The notes beneath the pieces were generated by a model, which saw only the letters and a program-made list of their open reading frames with translations, did not search any database and was not told the DNA's origin. The position numbers and the translations under genes were made by a program. Shown one piece after another: positions 1 through 7,782 of a stretch of DNA of 22,554 bases (position 1 is its first letter; each line of letters opens with the position of its first letter). The stretch is from Candidatus Fervidifonticultor quintus (GTDB lineage: Bacteria; Sysuimicrobiota; Sysuimicrobiia; Sysuimicrobiales; Humicultoraceae), in NCBI GenBank assembly GCA_031459535.1, contig JAVKIJ010000050.1:1-22554 (forward strand), read 5' to 3'.

Positions 1-60
1 CCGCGGCGCTTGAGGGGCATCTCAAGGAATTAGCGGCGCCGGCCCGAAACACCTCTGAAA

Positions 61-1290
61 GTGCGGCTGCTAACGCGTATCCTCCTTGGCACCACGCTTC
101 TTTTGCTGCTCGGGACGGTCGACTGGACGTTAGCACAGCCCCCGTCGCCAGCGACACCCGGACCCCGAACCTGGCCAGGCGTGGATGTTCTCCTGGAGTC
201 ACCAGGCCTCCTGCAGGGCCGTCGTCTGGGGCTGGTGACCCATGCCGCAGCCGTCACCAGCGGTGGCGAGGCCACGTGGACGGTCCTCTTGCGGGACCCC
301 CGCTTCACCGTCGCGGCGCTATTCGCCCCTGAGCACGGACTGGCGGGAACCATTCCTGCCGGTCGAGCGGTGCCCACCGTGAACGGTCGCGTCCCGATCT
401 ACAGCCTCTACGGTAGCACGAACCGCCCAACGCCGGCCATGATGGCCGCCGTCGACGCTCTCGTCGTCGATCTCCAGGATATCGGCGCCCGAACCTACAC
501 GTATGTGTCCACAATGGCGCTGGTGATGCAGGCTGCCCGCGAAGCCGGCACGCCTGTCGTAGTGCTCGACCGACCCAATCCCCGCGGTGGTGTCCAGGTG
601 GACGGCCCCGTGCTGGACCCGGCCTTCCGGTCGTTCATCGGGATGTTTCCGCTCCCCATGGTCCATGGGATGACCATCGGCGAGCTAGCGTGGATGTTCA
701 ACGAGAGCTTCGACATCAACGCCAACCTTACGATCGTGCCCATGCGCGGGTGGACGCGGTCAATGGTGTGGGAGGAGACCGGCCTGCCGTGGGTCCGTCC
801 TTCTCCCAATATCCCGGGGATGCACACGCCCATCTACTACGCGGCAACCGGTGTCATGGACGGCACGAACCTGTCTAACGGCGTCGGCACGGCGAATCCG
901 TTCGAAGTGGTGATCAGCCCCTGGTTGGACGGCCGGCGCCTGGCGGGCAGACTCAACACCCTGGGCCTCCCAGGCGTCTCATTTGAACCGTATGCCACGG
1001 TGCTGACCGGCGGGTTGTTCAGCGGTGTGCGCCTGGTGGTGACCGATGCCCTGCGGTTTCGGCCGGCCACGACGGCCATCCACGTTCTGATCGAGGCCCG
1101 CAGACAGCACCCCCGGCACTTCCGATTCGTCGCCCGCAACGGACGGCAGGTCTTCGACTACGTCTGGGGCACCGACAAGATCCGCAAAGACATCGAGCGC
1201 GGAGCGCCGGCGTCGGCAATTGTGGCACGCTGGGAGCCCGATCTGCGGCGCTTCCAGGCGCTCCGTAACGCCTTCCTTATCTACCCCTAG
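61..1290 (+). CDS. namZ: Exo-beta-N-acetylmuramidase NamZ-like (DUF1343/YbbC family), with predicted signal peptide
   Basis: Family motifs LFAPEHG, DLQDIGARTYTY, VLDRPNP, HGMTIGELA, WVRPSPN, FDYVWGTD, and C-terminal FLIYP. N-terminus is basic then hydrophobic (MRLLTRILLGTTLLLLLG). Confidence 0.88.
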   Translation: MRLLTRILLGTTLLLLLGTVDWTLAQPPSPATPGPRTWPGVDVLLESPGLLQGRRLGLVTHAAAVTSGGEATWTVLLRDPRFTVAALFAPEHGLAGTIPAGRAVPTVNGRVPIYSLYGSTNRPTPAMMAAVDALVVDLQDIGARTYTYVSTMALVMQAAREAGTPVVVLDRPNPRGGVQVDGPVLDPAFRSFIGMFPLPMVHGMTIGELAWMFNESFDINANLTIVPMRGWTRSMVWEETGLPWVRPSPNIPGMHTPIYYAATGVMDGTNLSNGVGTANPFEVVISPWLDGRRLAGRLNTLGLPGVSFEPYATVLTGGLFSGVRLVVTDALRFRPATTAIHVLIEARRQHPRHFRFVARNGRQVFDYVWGTDKIRKDIERGAPASAIVARWEPDLRRFQALRNAFLIYP

Positions 1291-1306
1291 CCAGGTCGGC
1301 TCGGCC

Positions 1307-1675
1307 GGGGAGCAGGCCTGTAAGCCGGGTTCTGTGCGTCGGCACGCGCGATGGCACCCGCCGACGCGGCAGTCATCCCTCTGGGGCCTCCGGTTACCCG
1401 GGACCTCAAGCGGCCTACCCGGGGATCGGCGGGCCGCCTCATCTCCCCCTATCTGGCCTTGCTCCGGGTGGGGTTTGCCTGGCCGGCCCGTCGCCGAACC
1501 GCCGGCGGGCTCTTACCCCGCCATTGCACCCTTGCCGGCTGGCAGTGCCGGCCGGCGGTATGTTTCTGTGGCACTATCCCTGGGGTTGCCCCCGCTGGGG
1601 ATTACCCAGCACCCTGCCCTGCGGAGCCCGGACTTTCCTCGGCACTCCCGTGCCGCGACCGCCCGGCCTGCTCCC
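1307..1675 (-). ncRNA. rnpB: RNase P RNA, bacterial type A
   Basis: Minus strand has GAGGAAAGTCCGGGCTCC, AGTGCCACAGAAA, GGTAAGAGC, GGCAAACCCCACCCGGAGCAAGGCC and ACAGAACCCGGCTTA. P1 is formed by GGGAGCAGGCC / GGCCTGCTCCC. Confidence 0.97.
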
Positions 1676-1681
1676 GTCGAG

Positions 1682-1690
1682 ATAGTAGCA
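1682..1690 (-). promoter_or_regulatory. Extended -10 promoter of rnpB (TGcTACTAT)
   Basis: Minus strand TGCTACTAT lies 6 nt upstream of the rnpB P1 5' end. Confidence 0.7.
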
Positions 1691-1701
1691 CGGGAGGCGG
1701 G

Positions 1702-3000
1702 TCACGCAAAGGCCTCATAGACGAGCCGGCCCACTTCGGCGATCGCCATGGCCCCATCCAGGTCCACCTTGAGGTCCCGGGTGAACGCGCAGACGAGCAC
1801 CGGGCCGCGCGGCGCAAACAGAACCCCGGCGTCGTTGCGGACACCGGCAATGGATCCGGTCTTATGCGCGATGTCGGTCCCGGGCGGCAGGTGGAGAGGC
1901 AAACGGTCGCGCACCTGCTGCTTGCGCAGGTAGAACAGCGCCTGCTCCCGTACCGAGCGGGGTAGCCGGCCCTCGGTGACCAGCATCTCCAGCAGCGCGA
2001 TCATCTCCCGAGGGGTGGTGACGTTGTTCTCCGTGTCGGCATACGGCCTGCCGGCGAACACCCGCGGCCGTGTCCTCAGGATCTGCTCGACCTCCAGGCG
2101 AGCCTCAGGCGTAAACGGGCCGCCGGGACGCCCGGCGAGCTCGAAGAGCAACCGCCGGCAGTCCATAGCCACCCGCGTCACGCGAAAGCCCCAGGAGGCG
2201 AGACGCCGGTTGATGGCCTCGATGCCCACGCGTCCCATGAGGATGTCTGTCGCGGTGTTGTCGCTGATGACGACCATCAGCATGGCCAGATCCGAGAGGC
2301 TCAGGACTGGAGACGACGTCAGTTCCTTCAACACGCCGGAGCCGGGAGACTTGGCCGCTTCGGTCACCGGTACCCGCTCATCCAGGCTGAGACGCCCTTC
2401 CTCGGCCTGGAGCAGCAACTCGAGCAGCACCGGGATCTTGAACACGCTGGCCGTAGGAAACGTCCGATCCGGCTCCAGGTAGAGCTCGAGGCCGTCCCAG
2501 CTGGACTTGATGCCAACCCCCATAACGCCGTCCAGGCCCGCGGCGAGTCGCTCCAGCCGCCGGCGCAGGTTGTCGACACCGTGCCCGTCGGCCAGCGCGC
2601 CGGCGCGCTCATCGATCGCGCGGTTGGCCAGCGCATCCGCCGCCGCATTGTACGCCCGGGAGACGTGTGTGATGCTCCAGTCGGAAAACCCAGCCAGTGC
2701 CTGCTTCGCCCGGGCGTGTAGGGGTGCCAGTTGCGCGCTCCTGACCCTGTAGGCACCCTGGAGCTGTTTGACGAGCAGGGCGCTGTCGGCGTAGATCTCG
2801 ATCTGGCTGGCACCCAGCTCCCTGGCTCTGTCAAGCCCGCGCAGCAGGGCGCGATACTCGGCGACGTTGTTGGTGGTCTCGCCCAGGTATTCGCCCATCT
2901 CCACCACAGTGTGCCCCTGGACATCCTGCAGCACCACGCCGATGCCTGCGGGGCCGGGATTGCCGCGGGAGGCGCCGTCGATGTGCAGCTTCAGCCTCAC
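1702..3000 (-). CDS. Fusion of ribonuclease HI (N-terminal) and a class A beta-lactamase-fold serine hydrolase (C-terminal)
   Basis: RNase HI motifs IDGASRGNPGPAG, TNNVAEY, YADSALL, HVSRAYNAAADALAN. These are followed in the same frame by SxxK (ASVFK), SDN and KTG. Start placed at GTG 3000 (MRLKLHIDG), just after the upstream stop at 3002-3004. Confidence 0.88.
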   Translation of the reverse strand: MRLKLHIDGASRGNPGPAGIGVVLQDVQGHTVVEMGEYLGETTNNVAEYRALLRGLDRARELGASQIEIYADSALLVKQLQGAYRVRSAQLAPLHARAKQALAGFSDWSITHVSRAYNAAADALANRAIDERAGALADGHGVDNLRRRLERLAAGLDGVMGVGIKSSWDGLELYLEPDRTFPTASVFKIPVLLELLLQAEEGRLSLDERVPVTEAAKSPGSGVLKELTSSPVLSLSDLAMLMVVISDNTATDILMGRVGIEAINRRLASWGFRVTRVAMDCRRLLFELAGRPGGPFTPEARLEVEQILRTRPRVFAGRPYADTENNVTTPREMIALLEMLVTEGRLPRSVREQALFYLRKQQVRDRLPLHLPPGTDIAHKTGSIAGVRNDAGVLFAPRGPVLVCAFTRDLKVDLDGAMAIAEVGRLVYEAFA

Positions 3001-3001
3001 G

Positions 3002-3724
3002 TCAGCCCTCCGGAAGAACGACCAGCAGGCGCCCGCACCCGTCGCAGGCCGCGACGAGATCGGCATCGCGCTCGAGCCTGGAGCGCAGGCGCTGTGGCAC
3101 GATCACATGACAGCCGCCGCATACGCCCTGGCGCACCGCGACGACAGCGATCCCACCCTTGTTCTCCCGCAGCCGCTCGTACCGGCGCAACAGAACTTCG
3201 TCGATATCCGCGGCCAGTGCCTGGCGTCTGGCGGTGAGCTCGGCGATCTCCTGATCGAGCGAGGCGGACGCCCGGGCGAACTCCTCAAGGGTCCGCGCCA
3301 GCGCCGCCTGCGCCTCTTCCAGCTCGGCCTGCGTCTCGCGCCGCTGGGTCTCGAGCACCTCGAGCTGCTCCAACAGCCCCAGCGTCTCGTCCTCCAGGTG
3401 GCCGATGTGACGACCGAGGGCCGCCGCGTCGCTCTGCATCGCGGCCAGTTCCTTGGGATTGTTGATGCGGCCGCTGTACATGTCCACCTCGAGCCGGGCC
3501 CGCTTGGTGCGCACGGATTGCGTCTCCAGTTCGAGGGTCCGCTGCCGCGCCCTGGCCGCCGTGATCGCTTTGGAGAGTTCCTCGAGCCTGGCCTCGGCCG
3601 CGGCCAGCGCCTCGCGTTGCGGTGTGCCGTCGTTCAGGCGCCGGCGGTGGGCCACGGCCGCCGCCAGCGCGGCATCTACCTGCTGAAGCGCGTACAAGCG
3701 CATGATGGTCACTGGACGCTCCAC
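3002..3724 (-). CDS. Coiled-coil protein with C-terminal C4 zinc ribbon (DUF164/CT398-like)
   Basis: LYALQQVD start, long heptad-rich helix, then YERLR..GGIAVV..CGGCH..CDGCGRLL. Sits next to RNase H and rnpB, as is typical for this family. Confidence 0.88.
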   Translation of the reverse strand: MERPVTIMRLYALQQVDAALAAAVAHRRRLNDGTPQREALAAAEARLEELSKAITAARARQRTLELETQSVRTKRARLEVDMYSGRINNPKELAAMQSDAAALGRHIGHLEDETLGLLEQLEVLETQRRETQAELEEAQAALARTLEEFARASASLDQEIAELTARRQALAADIDEVLLRRYERLRENKGGIAVVAVRQGVCGGCHVIVPQRLRSRLERDADLVAACDGCGRLLVVLPEG

Positions 3725-3921
3725 GTTGAGTAACCAGCGCCTCTCTTCGAGCTACAAGGCGAGCACCCCTGGCCATTGCGCAGGCCAGGCGCCCAAGCCC
3801 GCTGGCGAGGCGCGCGCAACCGCAGCGGCATTCTGGCACACAGCAGGCCGCCGGCGACCCAGACAGGGACGACGCGGGGGGCCCGGTCCCGTATACACCT
3901 CTCGGAGGGCCGCCGGTCTGA

Positions 3922-4620
3922 TCAGCGTCGGCTCGATGGCGTTCCCGACTTGCTGCCGGGTCTCGGCTTCGGCCTAGCAGGGGACTTGGGCGCTGGCTTG
4001 GCCTTCACTACTTTCACCGGCTTGAGTGCGGGTTTGGCCAGCACTCGCAGCGTCGGCTTCCCTGCGGTGACCTGCGGGGCGGGGGCGGGACGGGCGATCG
4101 CTGTCCCCGACGGGCCCGGGGAGGCCGGCCTCGGCGGCACCACCGGTCGTGCCGGAAGCGGCGGCCGTGTCCGGGCCACCGTGAGCGACTTGGGCGCGCC
4201 GCTCGTGGGTGGGATCGGTGGGAGAGGCTTCAGGCGCTTGCGTTTGGCATCCCACCATTTGACGTAGTCGTGCCCGAGTCGCTCGAAGTAGTCGAAGGCA
4301 TCGGGCCAGTCGAGCTCCCTGCGCATCCCCATGATGATCGGTTCGACCTTCGCCCACGGGATCGGGAAGAGCTCGTACACAGCCTCTCGATCCACCGCCT
4401 CGGTCTCGACCAGAAACCCGAGGTTGTCGCAGAAGACCGCCACCCGCAGCAGGTTGTTGAAGCGGATGCTGCCCGGCGGGCACTCGATGATGAACTGCTC
4501 GTAGTCCTTGAAATCGAACTGGAACACGACATACTGGAGGGCCTCGAAGTTCTGGGGGGAGTCGGCCATCTCCATCAGGCGCACGACCATGTCAGTATGC
4601 GCCGGCGTGAGCTTCTTCAC
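3922..4620 (-). CDS. Hypothetical protein: about 125-aa globular domain (possibly DUF4760-like) plus Pro/Lys/Ala-rich basic tail
   Basis: SD-like GAGGTG upstream of the GTG and coding-like codon bias. Aromatic-rich N-domain (..WPDAFDYFERL..), low-complexity tail (AKPALKPVKVVKAKPAPKSPARPKP). Confidence 0.7.
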   Translation of the reverse strand: MKKLTPAHTDMVVRLMEMADSPQNFEALQYVVFQFDFKDYEQFIIECPPGSIRFNNLLRVAVFCDNLGFLVETEAVDREAVYELFPIPWAKVEPIIMGMRRELDWPDAFDYFERLGHDYVKWWDAKRKRLKPLPPIPPTSGAPKSLTVARTRPPLPARPVVPPRPASPGPSGTAIARPAPAPQVTAGKPTLRVLAKPALKPVKVVKAKPAPKSPARPKPRPGSKSGTPSSRR

Positions 4621-4819
4621 CCATTGTCACCTCGATCGGCCATGACTCATCCCGCAGGATGCCGTTCGGCCTATGACCGCCAAACTCGGGGCGATCTGGC
4701 CGGAAAATTCGCTTTTGAAAGGATTTTCCCTTCGCTCATCAGCTCGAACGTGACCCCTCGCCCGATTCCGCTGAATTCTTCCCCGGAGGGGCCCTCTAGT
4801 GTGCAGGACAAGAGGGAAT

Positions 4820-4837
4820 GGTTCATTTAAACGAACC
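4820..4837. promoter_or_regulatory. Candidate dimeric transcription-factor operator (imperfect 18-bp palindrome)
   Basis: GGTTCATTTAAACGAACC matches its reverse complement at 16 of 18 positions and lies in an AT-rich divergent intergenic region. Confidence 0.45.
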
Positions 4838-4928
4838 TATTCTGCCAGTCCCGCAGAGCGATGTACGCAGGTTTTCCACAGGATGTTCAGTATGCTCCCC
4901 GATCCCCTATCCGCTCGCGACCCGACTC

Positions 4929-4937
4929 TGGTATACT
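4929..4937 (+). promoter_or_regulatory. Extended -10 promoter of tRNA-Val (TGgTATACT)
   Basis: TGGTATACT ends 5 nt before the tRNA 5' end. Confidence 0.7.
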
Positions 4938-4942
4938 GGCCA

Positions 4943-5017
4943 GGGCGAGTAGCTCAGCGGTAGAGCGCCTCCTTTACACGGAGGTGGTCGGGGGTTCGAA
5001 CCCCTCCTCGCCCACCA
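4943..5017 (+). tRNA. tRNA-Val (anticodon TAC), CCA encoded
   Basis: Acceptor stem GGGCGAG/CTCGCCC, D arm GCTCAGCGGTAGAGC, anticodon arm CCTCC-TTTACAC-GGAGG, T loop GGTTCGAAC, 3' ACCA. Confidence 0.97.
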
Positions 5018-5098
5018 CTCCGCCTCTTGCACCACCGACCCGCCATCGGCCTGCAGAGGAGGCTGCCGAAAGGATTTCCTCATGCCCTGAAGAATAAA

Positions 5099-5113
5099 CC
5101 TATAGGCTATAGG
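5099..5113 (+). promoter_or_regulatory. Candidate GntR autoregulatory operator / promoter region
   Basis: CCTATAGGCTATAGG contains the palindrome CCTATAGG and a tandem CTATAGG x2, about 28 nt upstream of the gntR GTG. Confidence 0.4.
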
Positions 5114-5140
5114 ATCGCGCCACCGGGGACCGCCACCAGC

Positions 5141-5839
5141 GTGCAGATCATCTCCGAGCAGGTCACCGACATTCTCCGCCAGCGCCTGGTCGAGCAGGTC
5201 TACAGACCGGGAGAGCGCGTCATGATTGACCGGCTCGCCCGCGAGCTGGGGGTGAGCCACACACCGATCCGCGAGGCCCTGGGCCGGCTGCAGGGCGAAG
5301 GCCTCGTCGTCTACCGGAGAAACCAGGGCTACTACGTCACCCCTCTGACGGACCGCGAGATCCTCGAGATGCTGGACTGCCGCCTGATGCTCGAGACCTT
5401 CGCCGTCCAGCAGATCACCCCAATCACCGACGACCTCGTGGAACGCCTAGAGGCGATCCACGGGCGGTTCTGTCGTGCGACGGCGCTGCGACAACGATAC
5501 GAGACCAACGTGGCGGATCGCGAGTTCCACGAGGCCATCGTGGCGGCCACCGGAAACGCCCTCCTCCTCCGTCTGTTCTGCTCCATGAACTCGCACATGC
5601 GCACGATGCGCCTCTTCCACTCCAGCGAGGACATGCCGCCACGGAATCTGGCAGAGCACGAACGGATCATGGCCGCCTTCCGCCGGCGCAGCAATGCCGA
5701 AGCCGCTGAGGCGATCGCCGAACATCTCCAAAGCGTCAAGAGACGGGTCCAGACGCTGGCGCGGCAACGCGCCATCTCAGCGCCCTCGACACAGGTTGCC
5801 GCGACCCACCGGGACCCAGGAGACGGAGAAGAACCATGA
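5141..5839 (+). CDS. GntR family transcriptional regulator (FCD C-terminal domain)
   Basis: wHTH PGERV..LARELGVSHTPIREALGRLQGEGLV. FCD motifs DREFHEAIVAATGN and EHERI..AIAEHL. Start at GTG 5141 is inferred. Confidence 0.92.
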   Translation: MQIISEQVTDILRQRLVEQVYRPGERVMIDRLARELGVSHTPIREALGRLQGEGLVVYRRNQGYYVTPLTDREILEMLDCRLMLETFAVQQITPITDDLVERLEAIHGRFCRATALRQRYETNVADREFHEAIVAATGNALLLRLFCSMNSHMRTMRLFHSSEDMPPRNLAEHERIMAAFRRRSNAEAAEAIAEHLQSVKRRVQTLARQRAISAPSTQVAATHRDPGDGEEP

Positions 5840-6582
5840 ACGCCGCGTTGAGGTACTACGAGGCCGTGACCCGCATCATGCAGGCCGTGATGGACCACGA
5901 ACAGGAGTCCCTCGGCCGGGCGGCCGACCTGCTCGTAGAAAAGATCGCAGAGGATCGCCTCATCCACGTGTTTGGCACCGGCGGGCATTCCATCATGGGC
6001 GCCATGGAGATGTTCCAGAGGGCAGGGGGACTGTACCCCGTCAACGCCATCTTCCCACCGCGGATCTCTGTCACCGACAGCCACCCGAACACCGAACGCC
6101 TGGTGGGCTACGCGCCTGCGATCCTGGATCACTACGGGGTCCGCACGGGCGATGTGCTCATCATCGTCAACGTCAACGGCATCAATGCCGTGACCATCGA
6201 TTCAGCGCTGGAAGCAAAGCGCCGGGGGGTGACGGTCATCGCCGTCACGTCGCGAGAGTTCGCCTCCCACGTGCCCGCTGACAGCCCGGCTCGCCACCCC
6301 AGCACGCAGAACCTGCACGATCTGGCCGACATTGTCATCGACTGCCACGTGCCTGTGGGGGACGCCGTGCTGGACATCCCCGGAGTCTCCCACAAGGTAG
6401 CCGCCAGCTCCACGTTCCCCGTGGTGCTGATCTTGAACTGCCTGGTGGCCCTCACAGTGGAGCGCATGGCCCAGCGTGGCCTGGAACCGCTCGTGCGATT
6501 CAGTGCCAACCTGCCCGGAGGACGCGAGCGGAGTCTGAAGATTCAAGAGCGTTATCGGGGGCGCATCGTCCATCAATACTAG
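5836..6582 (+). CDS. SIS (sugar isomerase) domain protein, UPF0309-like
   Basis: IHVFGTGGHS, EMFQRAGGL, GDVLIIVNVNGINAVTID, VIAVTS, LHDLADIVIDCHVPVGDAVL, SANLPGG. ATGA overlap with the gntR stop. Confidence 0.88.
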   Translation: MNAALRYYEAVTRIMQAVMDHEQESLGRAADLLVEKIAEDRLIHVFGTGGHSIMGAMEMFQRAGGLYPVNAIFPPRISVTDSHPNTERLVGYAPAILDHYGVRTGDVLIIVNVNGINAVTIDSALEAKRRGVTVIAVTSREFASHVPADSPARHPSTQNLHDLADIVIDCHVPVGDAVLDIPGVSHKVAASSTFPVVLILNCLVALTVERMAQRGLEPLVRFSANLPGGRERSLKIQERYRGRIVHQY

Positions 6583-6682
6583 CGGCGGCAGCACCAACTC
6601 AGCGGTCGGCCTCGGGGTTAGAGGGCGCACCGGACGCTGGGTTGCCAACCTGAGCCCCGAGGCTGTTACCGCGTATCTGTTC

Positions 6683-7537
6683 GTGGCGCCTGCGATCCTG
6701 CTGCTGGCGACTTTGGTCGGCTATCCCTTCCTGCTGTCCCTCTACCTGGCTACCAGCGACGCAGTCCTCGGTAACCCCGGCCACTTCGTGGGTCCCGCCC
6801 AGTTCGCCCGGCTTCTCGGCCAGCAGATCTTCCAGCAGACTCTCCAGAACACGGCCATCTACGCCCTCGCGGCCGTGGCCGCCAAGGTCGTGCTGGGCAT
6901 GACGCTGGCCCTGATCCTGGCCGGGTTCAGCCGCCACCGACTCCCTGGGAGCCGCCTCGTCCGGGCCATGATCCTGCTGCCGTGGATCGTGCCCACCGCG
7001 CTGAGCACCGTGGGCTGGAAGTGGATGTTCGAGCCGCAGTTCAGCGTGATCAACTGGACGCTGGTCCGCCTCGGCACGATTCACTACATTTCCGACTTGC
7101 AGTGGCTGGGCGAGGCGAATCTCGCCCGCGTCGCGGTCATCATGGTGAACGTCTGGCGCGGCGTCCCGTTCTTCGCCATCAACCTTCTGGCCGGCCTGAT
7201 CGCCATCCCCGACGACCTCTACGAGGCCGCAGAAGCCGATGGCGCCACGCCGTGGGCCAAGTTCTGGCTCATCACGCTCCCACTCCTCCGCCCGGTGCTG
7301 GCCACGGTGGTGCTGTTCTCGCTGATCATGACCATCAGCGACTTCAACATCGTCTACGTGCTGACGCGGGGGGGCCCCTTGAACAGCACCCATCTGCTAC
7401 CGACCCTGGCCCACCAGGTCGGGCTGCTGACAGGCGAACTGGGCCGGGGCGCGGCCGTCTCATTGTTCATGCTGCCGTTCCTGATGATTGTGGTGTTCTA
7501 CCAAATGCGGTTGATGCGGAGGGCCTGGGAGTGGTAG
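6683..7537 (+). CDS. Carbohydrate ABC transporter permease (CUT1, MalF/UgpA-like); 5' end uncertain
   Basis: Multiple TM segments, ILLPWIVP, EAA loop (LYEAAEADGATPWAKFWLITLPLL), LTRGGP. Permease-like sequence (AYLFVAPA) extends upstream of the first usable start. Confidence 0.85.
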   Translation: MAPAILLLATLVGYPFLLSLYLATSDAVLGNPGHFVGPAQFARLLGQQIFQQTLQNTAIYALAAVAAKVVLGMTLALILAGFSRHRLPGSRLVRAMILLPWIVPTALSTVGWKWMFEPQFSVINWTLVRLGTIHYISDLQWLGEANLARVAVIMVNVWRGVPFFAINLLAGLIAIPDDLYEAAEADGATPWAKFWLITLPLLRPVLATVVLFSLIMTISDFNIVYVLTRGGPLNSTHLLPTLAHQVGLLTGELGRGAAVSLFMLPFLMIVVFYQMRLMRRAWEW

Positions 7538-7707
7538 CGGCTCGCGCACGCCGTGCCGCAGCCCACTACATGGGGCTCGACCGAGATCGGGGCACCCTGG
7601 CCCCGGGCAAACGAGCCGACCTGGTGCTGCTGGACGACCGGCTCGTCGTGCGCTCCACCATGGTTGGAGGTCGGATCGTCTACAGCCGCGACCCTTCCTC
7701 AACATGA
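7531..7707 (+). pseudogene. Remnant: C-terminal ~50 aa of a NagA-like amidohydrolase fused to a short orphan N-terminus
   Basis: AHYMGLDRDRGTLAPGKRADLVLLDDRLVVRSTMVGGRIVY matches the amidohydrolase C-terminal beta-sandwich motif (GxLxxGKxADLV). The catalytic barrel is absent. Confidence 0.75.
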
Positions 7708-7782
7708 CGATCCCGCTGCGGTGATCGGCCCTGGCAGTGCCGCAGCCGTGCTTGTGCGATTCCTATGGGCTCTCCTCCTGGG

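Noticed and set aside
1220-1965. ORFs 1220-1720 and 1351-1965
   Set aside because: They are antisense to RNase P RNA and have no protein motifs.
1702-2580. Antibiotic-resistance class A beta-lactamase
   Set aside because: There is no signal peptide, the domain is fused to a cytoplasmic nuclease, and no clear omega-loop catalytic Glu motif is visible.
4872-4880. DnaA-box-like TTTTCCACA
   Set aside because: It is a single copy with no box cluster or dnaA context, so it is not evidence for an origin.
4943-7782. Integrative element at tRNA-Val
   Set aside because: I found no integrase and no duplicate of the tRNA 3' end in the window.
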